From the NCBI GenBank assembly GCA_949291115.1, contig CASETY010000002.1:10348-74347 (forward strand): DNA of 64,000 bases. Reading direction: 5' to 3'. Positions 1 through 12,930 of the stretch are shown here, piece by piece. Source of the DNA: an uncultured bacterium (lineage in GTDB: Bacteria > Bacillota_I > Bacilli_A > Acholeplasmatales > Anaeroplasmataceae). The notes under the pieces are model-generated. The model made no database searches and was not told the origin of the DNA. It saw only the letters and a program-made list of their open reading frames with translations. Both the position numbers and the translations under genes were made by a program. The stretch's first letter is position 1. Every line of letters starts with the position of its first letter.

Positions 1-1173
<1,173 letters not shown>

Positions 1174-1174
1174 C

Positions 1175-2767
1175 TTATATTTTTACAACTTTATTAGCAT
1201 AATTATCAAATTCATTTTTATGAGAAATTGCGATAACTGTAATATCATTCTTTTTACAATATTCACTAACTTTTTTAGCTAAATTAGTTGTTGTATTTTT
1301 ATCTAATGAAGCAGTGATTTCATCTAATAATAACAATTTAGGTTTCCTAATTAAAATACGTGCTAAACAAATTCTTTGTTTTTCACCACCGCTAATATTA
1401 GAATCCATTTGATCAACTTCTTTATCTTCTTTATAATCTTTTATGAAATTAGTTAATTCACATACATTATAAATTTCTTCTAACTCTTCTTTACTATAAT
1501 TTATACCACAACATATATTATTTAAAATAGTATCATGGAACAAATAATTATCTTGCGTTACACATAAAATATTACAATTATAATCTAGTTTAGAAGCGTC
1601 TTTGTCATTTATCTTAATATTAATATCTTCATAATAATCTTCTTGCATAATTAGTTTTAAAATAGTCGATTTGCCACAACCAGATTATCCACTTAGTAAA
1701 CAAAAATCACCTTTGTTAACAACAAAATTTAAATTATTCAAAATATTTTTTTCGTTAAACAAAATACCTTTATCGCTTTTAAATTCTAAAATTTTAAAAT
1801 CAGCAATTACTTCTTTATCAGTAGGTTTTATTTCTAATAAATCTTTTACTAATAATAAATTTTGTTTATTTTTCTTATAATCACCAATAACTACAGCTGT
1901 TTGTCTAATCGGTTCTTGTAGATTACCAATAACTGAATACATAGCTATAACCGCTCCTAAACCAATCATCAAATAGTCTTTAAATAAAATACCAAGAACT
2001 AAAGTAATTAATGGTAATAAATAAACTAAAATTCCATATAATGAAGTATATAATGCTTCTAGCAATTTAAAGTGCTTAATTTTTACAAAATAATCATTAC
2101 TATAACTTGTTTTATAGGTTCCTTCATAATATTTATTTTGTTTAAGCATTTTTATAATTCTAAAATTGCCTAATAATTCATTAAAATTAGTAAATACCTT
2201 ATTTTGTGATTTGACAGCTTCTTTACTAAAATCTGCTATTTTATTAGATACTTTTGATACTAAAATACTTAAAATTATAATTAAAGCTAAAACAATTAAG
2301 GCCATTATATAACTATAATAAAATAAAATTCCTAAAGTAATAATAAAAGAAAAAACATTAACGATAATATTAGGCCAAAAACCAGCATAATATGAGCCTA
2401 TATCTGAACACACATTTTTAGTTAAATTGAATACTTCTCCACTAGAATTATTTTTAAAGAAATTAACATCTTTTTTCATTATTCTATTTATAGCAAAAAA
2501 ATCAGTATCTCTATCAGCTTTTATAAACATTAACCTAAATAAATAAGGATAGATAAATTGAACAATAATAGTTACTACTAAAACCCCTAAAATTTTAAAT
2601 GCATGTTCACTAAACACAAAGGTGTCATTTTCAATAGTCTCGATCATTTGATTAATAAAAATAGCTAATATAGCAATTGATGCTTGCATTAAAATGCCAA
2701 ATATAACTGAAAGAATTTGTTCCTTTTTAATTTTTAAACATCCCTTGATATCTTTTACTAATCCCAT
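1175..2767 (-). pseudogene. Fused TMD-NBD ABC exporter interrupted by one in-frame TAA (1685..1687) inside Walker A
   Basis: ORFs 2767..1685 (multi-TM exporter domain ending ...GDFCLLSG) and 1648..1175 (SGGEKQR signature, LLLLDE Walker B) share one frame. The connecting codons read TAA-SGCGKSTILKLI. Confidence 0.8.
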
Positions 2768-2862
2768 AATACAGTTCCCCTTTCTTTAGTATAATTATAC
2801 TAAAGATGTACTAAAAATCTACAAAAAAATCGCGTAATTACATAGAAAAAACGCGATCATAA

Positions 2863-3066
2863 TTATTTTAGTATAAAGAGATTAGGTATATTAGTGTGAT
2901 TTGGTATATTAGACACTTCAACAAAAGTATTATCTGTATTACATTCCCTTAATTTTCTATAAAGGGAACTATAGCTAATACCTTCTGATAAAGCAAACTC
3001 TCTTACTGATAATGAACTTTCATTAAATTTTGAAAGCATTAAATCCCAATCTATTCTTTTAGTCAT
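2863..3066 (-). CDS. Small helix-turn-helix protein resembling the IS66-family accessory TnpA; orphan, with no transposase adjacent
   Basis: 67 aa. The segment ...WDLMLSKFNESSLSVREFALSEGISYSSLYRKLRE...FVEV resembles the N-terminal HTH ORF of Firmicute IS66-type elements. This rests on recall only, without a search. A hairpin plus U-tract lies downstream (about 2829..2860). Confidence 0.35.
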   Translation of the reverse strand: MTKRIDWDLMLSKFNESSLSVREFALSEGISYSSLYRKLRECNTDNTFVEVSNIPNHTNIPNLFILK

Positions 3067-3164
3067 ATATTGATTCCTCCTAAATATGACTAAATTTTAA
3101 CAAAAGCTAGATTGTTATTTAACCCATATTATTTTTAACGCTTACCTTAGAATTTAAAGAACCC

Positions 3165-4190
3165 TTATTTAATATTTTTAAAAATCATTATTGCATTTTC
3201 TACATCTTCTTTAGTTGAAACATAAGAAGTTACTAAACGTATTATTGTTTCTTCTTTTAAAGTTACAAATGATTCAAAGAGTATTTTTGAACTTAAATAC
3301 TCTAAATCTTTATTTTTAACGTAAACAAATGTTTGATTTGTATCATTATTTGCGTATAATTTAAAGCCTAATTTTTGCAAACCGACTTTTAATTCATTAG
3401 CTAAATCATTAGCTTTTTGACCAATTTCATAAAAAAGTTTGTCTTTAAATAAACCATAAAATGTTAAGCCTAAGAAGCGGCCTTTAGCTAATAAAGCCCC
3501 TCTTTGTTTAATAGTTTGTAAAACTCCTTCTTTTAAATTAGGATTAGATATTATTAAAGCTTCACCAATTGGTAGACCATTTTTAGTGCCACCAATATAA
3601 AATAAATCAGTATATTGATTGATTAATTCTAAAGTTAAATCATTAGACTTGGCAGTTAAAGCACTACCTAAACGAGCACCATCTAAGAATAAGTAAAGAT
3701 TATATTTATCGGCAATTTCTCTTAGTTTCTTTAAATCTTTTAAAGTATAGATAGTCCCATACTCTGTTGTATTAGATATGTAAATAGCTTTAGGGTATGA
3801 CATGTGTTGATCTTCTTTATGCATTTTAACTTTAACTTCTAAATCATAAAAGTCCATTTTACCATCAATACTTTTAATGTGAATTAAAGGATGAGCACTA
3901 GTTCTTTCAATAGCACCTGCTTCATGAGTGGCAATATGACCAGTATCACAAGTTAAAATAGCTCCGTATGAAGGGATTAAAGAAAGACCAACTACATTAG
4001 TTTGTGTACCACCTACTAAAAAATAAACATCTGCATTTTCATCATTTATTTCTTTTTTAATTAGTTCTTTGGCTAGAGATGTATATTTATCAGTGCCATA
4101 GCCTGTTAATAATTCATTATTAGTTTTTACAATTAAATCTAATATTTTAGGATGCATACCATCGCTATAGTCATTTTTAAAATTAATCAC
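3165..4190 (-). CDS. PLP-dependent threonine aldolase / beta-eliminating lyase family protein
   Basis: 341 aa. N-terminal NDYSDGMHPKIL, GGTQTNVV and GGTKNG (PLP-lysine region) are typical of low-specificity threonine aldolase-like enzymes. A GTG start overlaps the upstream stop. Confidence 0.7.
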   Translation of the reverse strand: MINFKNDYSDGMHPKILDLIVKTNNELLTGYGTDKYTSLAKELIKKEINDENADVYFLVGGTQTNVVGLSLIPSYGAILTCDTGHIATHEAGAIERTSAHPLIHIKSIDGKMDFYDLEVKVKMHKEDQHMSYPKAIYISNTTEYGTIYTLKDLKKLREIADKYNLYLFLDGARLGSALTAKSNDLTLELINQYTDLFYIGGTKNGLPIGEALIISNPNLKEGVLQTIKQRGALLAKGRFLGLTFYGLFKDKLFYEIGQKANDLANELKVGLQKLGFKLYANNDTNQTFVYVKNKDLEYLSSKILFESFVTLKEETIIRLVTSYVSTKEDVENAIMIFKNIK

Positions 4191-5401
4191 TATCTTTTCC
4201 TCATAACTTCTTCAATATCATCAATTTCTTTAATAATAGATGCTGATAAATTTATAGCTTTATCATTAGTAATTAATAAATCATCTTCTATTCTAATACC
4301 AATATTCCATTCTGGAATATATAAACCTGGTTCATTTGATATAATAGAACCTGCTTCTAACGGTCCATATGAACAAAAATCGTGACAATCCATACCTATA
4401 TGATGACTTACACCATGGAAATAATATTTTAAGACTTCTTCTTTTTTATTTATTAAACCAATTTCTTTCAATTCTTTAGCATAAAATTCAATAACCATTT
4501 GATTTAAATCTTTAGTAGTAAGGCCTATTCTAGCTTTATTTTCAATCATTTTTTGGGCATTTAAAACGATTGTATATACTTTCTTTTGTAATTCTGTAAA
4601 TTTGCCATTTACAGGGAATGTTCTTGAAACATCAGCACAATAGGTATTTAAAGAAGCACCTAAATCAAAAAGAATTAAATCACCATCTTTAAGTTCACCT
4701 TGATTACTGTTGTAATGTAGGCAAGTAGCATTTATACCACTAGCCGCAATTGTTGGGAAAGAAAAGCCAGTTGCACCGTAATATTTAATTGCTTGATCAA
4801 AATATGATTCAATTTGATATTCTTTTAATCCTGGTTTTAAATGTTTTAAAATATTTAAAATACCTTTATTAGTTATTTCATTAGCTTCTTTAATTAAGGT
4901 AATTTCTTCTTCATCTTTAATTGTTCTTAAAGATTTAACCATTTCATTACTTGAAGTAATGGTAACTTTTTTATGATTAGCTAATTCTAAAGCAAAATTA
5001 TTTTCATAACTATATTTAAATGCTTCTCCTTCTTTTACTACAAAATAAATTTTACTATTTTCATCTAATAGTTCTAATAACTCTGTCATAAAAGTATTAT
5101 TGTTATATCTAACATCCTTTATATTAGCTATTTGTTCTGCTTCTTCTTTTCTTAATTTTTTACCTGTCCATTTTTCTTCGTTTAAGTCAATAGGGGCTAA
5201 ATAAAGTATTTCTTTGGCAACATTATGTTTCTTATAAATTAATAAAATATTATCAAACTCATTAATACCTGTAAAATAGTAAAAATTACGTTCAACATCA
5301 AAAGCTGTCATATCACTATTTAATCTCTTGTTAAAAAATAATAGAAAACTATTATCATTCATTTTTGCCATTAAATTTTGACGTCTCTTTTTATAATCCA
5401 T
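4190..5401 (-). CDS. Xaa-Pro aminopeptidase/dipeptidase (M24B family)
   Basis: 403 aa. Metal-ligand motifs are DLGASLNTYCADVSRT, HGVSHHIGMDCHD, NEPGLY and IRIEDD. Confidence 0.85.
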   Translation of the reverse strand: MDYKKRRQNLMAKMNDNSFLLFFNKRLNSDMTAFDVERNFYYFTGINEFDNILLIYKKHNVAKEILYLAPIDLNEEKWTGKKLRKEEAEQIANIKDVRYNNNTFMTELLELLDENSKIYFVVKEGEAFKYSYENNFALELANHKKVTITSSNEMVKSLRTIKDEEEITLIKEANEITNKGILNILKHLKPGLKEYQIESYFDQAIKYYGATGFSFPTIAASGINATCLHYNSNQGELKDGDLILFDLGASLNTYCADVSRTFPVNGKFTELQKKVYTIVLNAQKMIENKARIGLTTKDLNQMVIEFYAKELKEIGLINKKEEVLKYYFHGVSHHIGMDCHDFCSYGPLEAGSIISNEPGLYIPEWNIGIRIEDDLLITNDKAINLSASIIKEIDDIEEVMRKR

Positions 5402-5464
5402 AAAAATACCTCCAAAACATTATCATTATACCATTTTTAAAGGTTAAGTTAATAGCTTTATTTT

Positions 5465-5500
5465 TAAAAAAAAGCCTATTTAGCAATTGCTAAATAAGCT
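5465..5500 (-). terminator. Intrinsic terminator after rpoC
   Basis: Minus strand has AGCUUAUUUAGCAAUUGCUAAAUAGGCU, a near-perfect palindrome, followed by UUUUUUUU. Confidence 0.6.
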
Positions 5501-5511
5501 TTTTAAAACAA

Positions 5512-8500
5512 TTATTCTTCATCTAATGATTCATCATCTAAATCATCAAATTCATCGTCTTCATCGTATTCATCATTGTCAAAGTCGTCTTCTAATTCTT
5601 CATCCTCAAAATCATCATCTTCTTCAACATCTTGACGAATAAATACTTCTTTTTCTTCCTCTTCTTCTACAGGTTTATGAATACATTCAAATGTTTTATC
5701 ATGTAAAACACCTGTACCAGCTGGAATTAAACCACCGATAATTACATTTTCTTTAAGACCTTGTAATGTATCTACTTTTGATCTGATAGCTGCAGCTGTT
5801 AAAATACGAGTTGTTTCTTGGAATGAACATGCAGATAAGAATGAATCTGAAGCTAAAGCTGCTTTAGTGATACCTAATAAAATTGGACGAGCAACTGGTA
5901 ATTCACCACCAACTTCGATCGCTTGTTTTGTTGCCTTCTTGAATTCTTCAATAGAAACGTCACGACCAGGAAGTAAGTTAGAAGAACCTTCTTTAACAAC
6001 ATATAATTTACGTAACATTTGTCTTACAATAATTTCAATATGTTTGTCGCCAATTTCTACACCTTGACCACGATATACTTTTTGAACTTCTTCTACAATA
6101 TATTTTTCTACAGCTTCTTCATCTTTAATTCTTAATAATTCTTTAGGAGCAATAGGGCCTTTAATTAAACGATCACCACGTTGAATTTTATCGCCAACCT
6201 TAACTAATAATTCACTAGTTACTTCAACAGTTTCATTTTCTTCTTCGCCATCTTCACCTAAAATAGTTATTAATAGACCGGCTTTTGTTTTTTCAATATT
6301 AGTAACTGTACCATCGATTTCAGCGATAGTTGCCTTACCTTTTGGTTTACGTGCTTCAAATAATTCTTGAACACGTGGTAAACCTTGAGTGATATCAGCA
6401 GTTGAAGCAACACCACCAGTATGGAAAGTACGCATTGTAAGTTGGGTACCTGGTTCACCGATTGATTGAGCAGCTACGACACCTACAGCTTCACCTACTT
6501 CAACTAATTTGTTAGTTGCAAGGTTACGTCCATAACATTTCATACAAACACCGTTTGTACAATCACAAGTTAAGTTTGTTCTTAAATATAATTTCTTAAT
6601 ACCGCATTTTTTAATCTCAGCAGCGATAGTTTCATCAACCATTTCATTACGTTTACATAATATTTCCCCAGTTTCAGGGTTAATAATATCACGAGCGGCG
6701 TAACGACCAATAGCTCTTTCATGAACTGGTAAAATTACTTTACCATCATCACCCATAATATCTTCTAACCACATACCACGTTCAGTACCGCAATCTACTT
6801 TTGAAATAATTACATCTTGTGATACGTCTACTAAACGTCTAGTTAAATAACCAGATTCTGCAGTCTTTAAAGCAGTATCAGTAGAACCTTTACGAGCACC
6901 GTGAGTAGAAATGAAGAATTCAGATACTGATAGACCTTCACGGAAGTTAGCCTTAACTGGCACTTCAATAGCTTCACCAGCTGTGTTATTCATCAAACCA
7001 CGCATACCAGCTAATTGGGCAAAGTTTGAAGAACTACCACGTGAACCACTATCAGCCATCATGAAAATTGCATTATCACGATGACTCTTTAATTCACTCC
7101 ATACATCATCTTCAATTTCATCACGAGTGATTGTCCATTCTTCTTTAATTAACTTTTTACGTTCTGCTTCTGTTAATAAACCAAGTTCATAAGCTTCTTC
7201 AATACGATCTACTTTTTCATCAGCTTGTTTAATTCTTTCATCCTTACCTTTACAGTTAATAACGTCAACCATAGAGATAGTGATACCTGATTTAGTAGAA
7301 TAATGGAAGCCCATATCTTTTAATCTATCTAACATTGCTGAAGTTTCTGTAATTTGATGTTTCTTAAATACTTCGGCAATGATTCTTGCTAAGAATTTCT
7401 TTTTAAATGGTTCTACTTCTGGTCTATCTAACATTTCTTGATAATTATCTTTCTTTGGATTAAAGAAATATTTATCAGGAGTTTCTATAGTTAAATTATC
7501 TTCAGAAGCTTCATTTAAATAAGGGAAATCAACAGGAATGATAGTGTTAAAAATCATTTTACCTATTGTTGTAAATAAATATGCGCCTTTATGTTTAGCA
7601 CTATATCTAGATTCTGGTAAATAACTAGGATCAACAAAAATACGTGTATGAAGAGTAATTTCATTATTTTTATAAGCTAAATAAGCTTCTTCATAATCTT
7701 TAAAGAAATGGCCTTCGTTTGGTTCACCTTTTCTTTCAATTGTTAAATAGTAGTTTCCAAGTACCATATCTTGTGATGGTGTAACTACTGGTTTACCATC
7801 TTTCGGATTTAAAATGTTATTAGAAGCTAACATTAAAAGACGTGCTTCAGCTTGTGCTTCTAAAGATAAAGGTACATGGACAGCCATTTGGTCACCATCA
7901 AAGTCAGCATTAAACGCTGTACAAACTAATGGATGAAGTCTAATAGCTTTACCTTCAATTAAAACTGGTTCAAAGGCTTGAATACCTAAACGGTGTAATG
8001 TAGGGGCTCTGTTTAATAATACCGGATGTTCACGTACTACATTTTCTAAAATCCCCCATACAATATCTTCTTGTCTTTCACAACAACGTTTAGCTGCTGG
8101 AACTGATAATTGACCATTTTTAAGCTTAACTAATTCATGAATAACAAATGGTTTAAATAATGTTAAAGCCATTTCTCTAGGAATACCGCATTGGTACATT
8201 TTTAAACTTGGACCAACAACGATAACTGAACGTCCTGAATAATCAACACGCTTACCAAGTAAGTTTTGACGGAAACGACCTTGTTTACCACGAAGCATAT
8301 CTGATAAGCTCTTTAAATGATGGTTCTTTTCAACAACTTGGCGTTTACCACGTTTAGAATTATCAATTAAAGCATCAACTGCTTCTTGTAACATTCTCTT
8401 TTCATTTTTAGTAATAAGGTGAGGTGCACCTTGTTCAATTTGTTTCTTTAAACGATTATTTCTATTTAAAATACGACGATATAAATCATTTAAGTCAGTA

Positions 8501-9246
8501 GTCGCAAATCTACCACCATCTAATTGGACCATTGGTCTTAAGTCTGGTGGAATAACTGGTAAAATTGTTAAAACCATCCATTCGGGTTTATTAGTTGAAT
8601 TTAAGAAAGATTCAACAATTTCTAAACGTTTAATTACATTATCACGACGTTGTTTAGAAGCTGTTTTTAATTTCTTTCTTAAATTTTGAGCTTCTTTTTG
8701 TAAATCAATTTCTTGTAATAATTTCTTAACGGCTTCTGCACCTGTTAAAGCCACGAAAGTATTACCATATTTTTCATACATTTCTGAATATTTAGCTTCA
8801 TCTAAAATTTCTTTTCTAGCAAGTGGAGTTTTGCCTGGATCAATAACAATATATGAAGCAAAATAAACAATACTTTCTAAATCTTTATTTTTAATATCTA
8901 ATAAAATTGCTAGTGGTGAAGGTGTATTCTTTAAAAACCAAGTATGAACAACTGGACTAGCTAAAACAATATGTCCTAAACGTTCTCTTCTTACTTTAGA
9001 TTCAGTTAATTCTACACCACATTTTTCACACACTTTACCTTTATCTGTACTTCTTTTAGATTTACCACAAGCGCATTGGTAATCTTTCATCGGACCAAAA
9101 ATCTTTTCACAGAAAAGACCATCTGGTTCTGGTTTTAAAGTACGATAATTGATAGTTTCATGTTTCTTAACTTCACCATGTGACCATGATAAAATTTCTT
9201 CTGGTGAAGCTAAGCCGATTTTTATATATTTATAATGTTTTGCCAT
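5512..9246 (-). CDS. rpoC: DNA-directed RNA polymerase subunit beta-prime, with an acidic C-terminal tail of about 50 aa
   Basis: 1244 aa. It carries NADFDGDQM catalytic and zinc-finger (CACGK...CEKCG) motifs and is collinear with bacterial beta-prime. Confidence 0.97.
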   Translation of the reverse strand: MAKHYKYIKIGLASPEEILSWSHGEVKKHETINYRTLKPEPDGLFCEKIFGPMKDYQCACGKSKRSTDKGKVCEKCGVELTESKVRRERLGHIVLASPVVHTWFLKNTPSPLAILLDIKNKDLESIVYFASYIVIDPGKTPLARKEILDEAKYSEMYEKYGNTFVALTGAEAVKKLLQEIDLQKEAQNLRKKLKTASKQRRDNVIKRLEIVESFLNSTNKPEWMVLTILPVIPPDLRPMVQLDGGRFATTDLNDLYRRILNRNNRLKKQIEQGAPHLITKNEKRMLQEAVDALIDNSKRGKRQVVEKNHHLKSLSDMLRGKQGRFRQNLLGKRVDYSGRSVIVVGPSLKMYQCGIPREMALTLFKPFVIHELVKLKNGQLSVPAAKRCCERQEDIVWGILENVVREHPVLLNRAPTLHRLGIQAFEPVLIEGKAIRLHPLVCTAFNADFDGDQMAVHVPLSLEAQAEARLLMLASNNILNPKDGKPVVTPSQDMVLGNYYLTIERKGEPNEGHFFKDYEEAYLAYKNNEITLHTRIFVDPSYLPESRYSAKHKGAYLFTTIGKMIFNTIIPVDFPYLNEASEDNLTIETPDKYFFNPKKDNYQEMLDRPEVEPFKKKFLARIIAEVFKKHQITETSAMLDRLKDMGFHYSTKSGITISMVDVINCKGKDERIKQADEKVDRIEEAYELGLLTEAERKKLIKEEWTITRDEIEDDVWSELKSHRDNAIFMMADSGSRGSSSNFAQLAGMRGLMNNTAGEAIEVPVKANFREGLSVSEFFISTHGARKGSTDTALKTAESGYLTRRLVDVSQDVIISKVDCGTERGMWLEDIMGDDGKVILPVHERAIGRYAARDIINPETGEILCKRNEMVDETIAAEIKKCGIKKLYLRTNLTCDCTNGVCMKCYGRNLATNKLVEVGEAVGVVAAQSIGEPGTQLTMRTFHTGGVASTADITQGLPRVQELFEARKPKGKATIAEIDGTVTNIEKTKAGLLITILGEDGEEENETVEVTSELLVKVGDKIQRGDRLIKGPIAPKELLRIKDEEAVEKYIVEEVQKVYRGQGVEIGDKHIEIIVRQMLRKLYVVKEGSSNLLPGRDVSIEEFKKATKQAIEVGGELPVARPILLGITKAALASDSFLSACSFQETTRILTAAAIRSKVDTLQGLKENVIIGGLIPAGTGVLHDKTFECIHKPVEEEEEKEVFIRQDVEEDDDFEDEELEDDFDNDEYDEDDEFDDLDDESLDEE

Positions 9247-9258
9247 GCTTTTCCTCCA

Positions 9259-12200
9259 CTACATACCTAATTTAGAAATAACATCATCTACACCATAATC
9301 AACGATAGATTGATTAGCTTCATCAACACCATCTTCATTAATTAATTCAACATGAATAGCTAATGATTGTAACTCACGAGTTAATACTCTAAATGATTCT
9401 GGAATAGCTGGTTCTGGAATAGCTGTACCATCAGTAATAGCTCTAAATACTTTATTTCTACCAACAATGTCATCAGATTTTACTGTTAACATTTCTTGTA
9501 AAGTATGAGATGCACCATAAGCTTCTAAAGCCCAAACTTCCATTTCACCAAAACGTTGACCACCGTTTTGAGCTTTACCACCCATTGGTTGTTGAGTAAC
9601 TAATGTATAAGGACCAACTGATCTTGCGTGTAACTTATCATCAACCATGTGATGTAATTTAACGAAGTACATAATACCAACATTAACTTTATTTTCGAAA
9701 GGTTCACCACTTCTACCATCATATAAAACTTCTTTACCATCATATGGTAGATTAGCTTCTTTCATAATTTCTTCAATATCTTCAATAGTAGCACCATCAA
9801 ATACTGGCGTAGCTACTTTAATACCTAATTTTTTGGCCGCAATACCTAGATGAAGTTCTAGAACTTGACCGATATTCATACGTGAAGGAACACCTTGCGG
9901 ATTTAACATAATATCAATTGGTTGACCATCAGCTGTAAATGGCATATCTTCAACTGGTAAAATGTTAGAAATAACACCTTTATTACCATGACGACCAGCC
10001 ATCTTGTCACCAACTTTAATCTTACGTTTTTGAACAACATATACTCTAACTACTTCATTTACCCCTGGCGCAAGTTCATCACCATTAGATTTCTTGAAGT
10101 GTTGAATTGATTGAACAATACCACCACCACCATGAGGTACTTTTAAAGAAGTATCTCTAACTTCACGTGACTTTTCACCAAAAATAGCAAGTAATAATTT
10201 TTCTTCTGGGGTAGGTTCACTAACACCTTTAGGAGTAATTTTACCAACTAAAATGTCGCCTTCTTTAACTTCTGTACCTGGAATAACAATACCATGTTCA
10301 TCTAAGTGAGCGATCATATCTTCGCCAACATTAGGTATTTCAGTTGTGAATTCTTCTTTACCTAATTTTGTATCACGAGCTTCAATTTGATATTCATCAA
10401 TATGTAAAGATGTATAAACATCATCATATACCATTCTTTCACTCATGATAACGGCATCTTCATAGTTGTAACCATCCCAAGTCATGAAAGCTACTCTAAC
10501 ATTGCGACCTAAAGCAAGTTCGCCATCTTTCATAGCTTGACCATCGGCAATGATATCACCTTTTTCTACTCTTTCGCCAACTTTAACAATTGGACGTTGC
10601 ATATTAGCAGTTGCAGAGTTAGAACGTAAGAATTGATATAATTCATATGTTTCAATATGACCATCATCTTCTTTAACTTTAATATGTTTAGCATCAGCAT
10701 AAACTACTATACCATCACCAGTACAAATTAAAGCACTACCAGAGTCCTTAGCAGCTCTATATTCCATACCTGTACCAACAATTGGGCTTTCTGGATTAAT
10801 AATAGGTACCGCTTGACGTTGCATGTTTGCACCCATTAAAGCACGAGTTGCATCATCGTGTTCCAAGAAAGGAACGCACGCAGCTGCAACAGAAACAATT
10901 TGTTTAGGGGAAACGTCCATATAATTAACTTCTTCTGGTGCCACCATTTCTGTTTCACCATTACGACGACCAATTACTTTTTCATCTAAAATATGGCCTT
11001 TTTCATCTAACTTAGTTGACGCAGAAGCAATAACAACGCCTTCTTCTTTATCAGCAGATAAATATTTAATCTCATCACTTACATACTTTAGGCCGTTTTC
11101 ATCTTCTTTAACTACGAAATAAGGAGATTCAATGAAACCATATTCATTAACCTTAGCATAAGTAGCTAAAGAAGTAATTAAACCAATTGATGGACCTTCT
11201 GGTGTTTCAATCGGACACATTCTACCATAGTGAGAATTGTGAACGTCACGAACTTCAACACTCGCTCTATCACGGGCAATACCACCACTACCTAAAGCTG
11301 AAATACGACGTTTTTGAGTAATTTCCGCAAGTGGATTAATTTGATCCATGAATTGTGATAATTGGCTTGAACCAAAGAATTCTTTTAAAGATGAAGTTAA
11401 TGGTTTAATATTAATTAAATTTTCAGGAGTTGCTTCATTAATGTCAACAGTAGACATTCTATCAACAACACTCTTTTCTAACTTAGCAAAACCAATTCTA
11501 AATTGATTCTTTAATAATTCACCAATTAAACGTAAACGACGATTACCTAAATGATCGATATCATCTAAAGTACCAATACCTTTATATAAATTAAAATAAT
11601 AAGATAAAGAGGCAATAATATCAGATAAAGTAATGTGTAATGCTTGTTCACGAGAATCGTTACCAATAACTTTAATGTTTTCTTCATGAGAAGTGTTAAC
11701 ATATAAAATTTCGCAATAAGGATCTTGATCTAAAGTATTACCTAAATCAATAACTTCTCTAAAAGCTGCTCTATTAGCTTTTAAAGTTTCCAATACTTCT
11801 CCTTCAATAACCGCACCTTTAGGCGCAATTACTGTGCCTTTTTCTAATTTTAATTCGCCAGTTTCGTCATCAAAAATATCATCTTTGCAAACTACATCTT
11901 GTGCTAAGGTTAAGCCTTTAACTCTTTGGAAAATGTCTAATTTAATATTATATTTATAACGACCAACTTTTTGTAAGTCATAACGTTTGTCATCAAAGAA
12001 ACGTTCTTTTAATAATCTTCTTGCGCCATCTGTAGGTACATTTTCTTCGCCTACTCTTAACTTCGCATAAACAAGTTTTACCGCATCTTCTGAGTTAGTT
12101 GAATCATCTTTTTCAAAAGTAGCGTTAAAATGTTCATCTTCACCAAATAAATTAATGATTTTTTCGTTAGTATCTAAACCAAAAGCTCTTAAAACCGTTG

Positions 12201-12780
12201 TTAAAGGAATCTTTTTAGAACGATCTAATTCAGCATACCAAACATCACGGCTACCCATTTCATAATTAATCCATGCACCACGTGTAGGAATAATTTGACC
12301 ACTAAATTTAATATCACCGGTCTTCTTATCTACTTCTTTAGCATAATAAACACCAGAAGATCTAACAATTTGGGAAATGATAACACGTTCAGCACCATTA
12401 ATGATAAATGTCCCAACTGGGGTCATGTAAGGAATATCACCCATGAATAATTCTTTTTCAATTTGTTCACCTGTATTCGCTTTTTCAAGACGAACTTTAA
12501 CCTTTAAAGGACGTGAATAATTGATATCACGGAGTTTACAATCAACAATACCATATTTTGGTTCATCAAAATAATAATCATCAAAATAAATTTTTAACTG
12601 ATGGTTAAATGATTCAATGGGTGAAACATCGGCTAATAACTCTTTTAAACCAGTTTTCACAAATTGATCAAATGATTTAGTTTGAATTTCTACTAAATCA
12701 GGAATATCAACATCTGTTCTAATTTTAGAATAGTTTCTACGTTCAGATTTTTTACCATATTGAACAACTTTATAGTTCAT
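9259..12780 (-). CDS. rpoB: DNA-directed RNA polymerase subunit beta
   Basis: 1173 aa. It contains conserved beta-subunit blocks (e.g. [33 protein letters not shown]). Confidence 0.97.
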   Translation of the reverse strand: MNYKVVQYGKKSERRNYSKIRTDVDIPDLVEIQTKSFDQFVKTGLKELLADVSPIESFNHQLKIYFDDYYFDEPKYGIVDCKLRDINYSRPLKVKVRLEKANTGEQIEKELFMGDIPYMTPVGTFIINGAERVIISQIVRSSGVYYAKEVDKKTGDIKFSGQIIPTRGAWINYEMGSRDVWYAELDRSKKIPLTTVLRAFGLDTNEKIINLFGEDEHFNATFEKDDSTNSEDAVKLVYAKLRVGEENVPTDGARRLLKERFFDDKRYDLQKVGRYKYNIKLDIFQRVKGLTLAQDVVCKDDIFDDETGELKLEKGTVIAPKGAVIEGEVLETLKANRAAFREVIDLGNTLDQDPYCEILYVNTSHEENIKVIGNDSREQALHITLSDIIASLSYYFNLYKGIGTLDDIDHLGNRRLRLIGELLKNQFRIGFAKLEKSVVDRMSTVDINEATPENLINIKPLTSSLKEFFGSSQLSQFMDQINPLAEITQKRRISALGSGGIARDRASVEVRDVHNSHYGRMCPIETPEGPSIGLITSLATYAKVNEYGFIESPYFVVKEDENGLKYVSDEIKYLSADKEEGVVIASASTKLDEKGHILDEKVIGRRNGETEMVAPEEVNYMDVSPKQIVSVAAACVPFLEHDDATRALMGANMQRQAVPIINPESPIVGTGMEYRAAKDSGSALICTGDGIVVYADAKHIKVKEDDGHIETYELYQFLRSNSATANMQRPIVKVGERVEKGDIIADGQAMKDGELALGRNVRVAFMTWDGYNYEDAVIMSERMVYDDVYTSLHIDEYQIEARDTKLGKEEFTTEIPNVGEDMIAHLDEHGIVIPGTEVKEGDILVGKITPKGVSEPTPEEKLLLAIFGEKSREVRDTSLKVPHGGGGIVQSIQHFKKSNGDELAPGVNEVVRVYVVQKRKIKVGDKMAGRHGNKGVISNILPVEDMPFTADGQPIDIMLNPQGVPSRMNIGQVLELHLGIAAKKLGIKVATPVFDGATIEDIEEIMKEANLPYDGKEVLYDGRSGEPFENKVNVGIMYFVKLHHMVDDKLHARSVGPYTLVTQQPMGGKAQNGGQRFGEMEVWALEAYGASHTLQEMLTVKSDDIVGRNKVFRAITDGTAIPEPAIPESFRVLTRELQSLAIHVELINEDGVDEANQSIVDYGVDDVISKLGM

Positions 12781-12850
12781 AAATACACCCCTTAAATTAG
12801 TATATTAATGGAATATAGGCGCACTTATCCCACTAATTATGCATTTTATA

Positions 12851-12879
12851 ATTATACGCTACATCAAGCAAATAGTCAA
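12851..12879 (-). promoter_or_regulatory. Candidate sigma-A promoter for rpoBC
   Basis: Minus strand reads TTGACT (12879..12874), a 17 nt spacer, then TATAAT (12856..12851), about 70 nt upstream of the rpoB ATG. Confidence 0.45.
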
Positions 12880-12880
12880 C

Positions 12881-12912
12881 AAAAATAAAAAGAGTTTTCA
12901 ACAAAAAACTCT
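12881..12912 (-). terminator. Intrinsic terminator after the MATE gene
   Basis: Minus strand has AGAGUUUU-uuguug-AAAACUCU followed by UUUUAUUUUU. Confidence 0.5.
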
Positions 12913-12930
12913 TTTAGTTTATAATTAATG

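Noticed and set aside
1175-1648. The 157-aa ORF treated as a stand-alone ABC ATPase fragment gene.
   Set aside because: It lacks Walker A, which lies upstream of its ATG in the same frame immediately after the TAA. It is the 3' part of the interrupted exporter gene.
6270-6458. 62-aa same-strand ORF nested in rpoC. The same applies to 56658..56864 nested in the GH105 gene and 44891..45184 antisense to pepT.
   Set aside because: These are alternative-frame ORFs inside well-supported genes with no independent signals.
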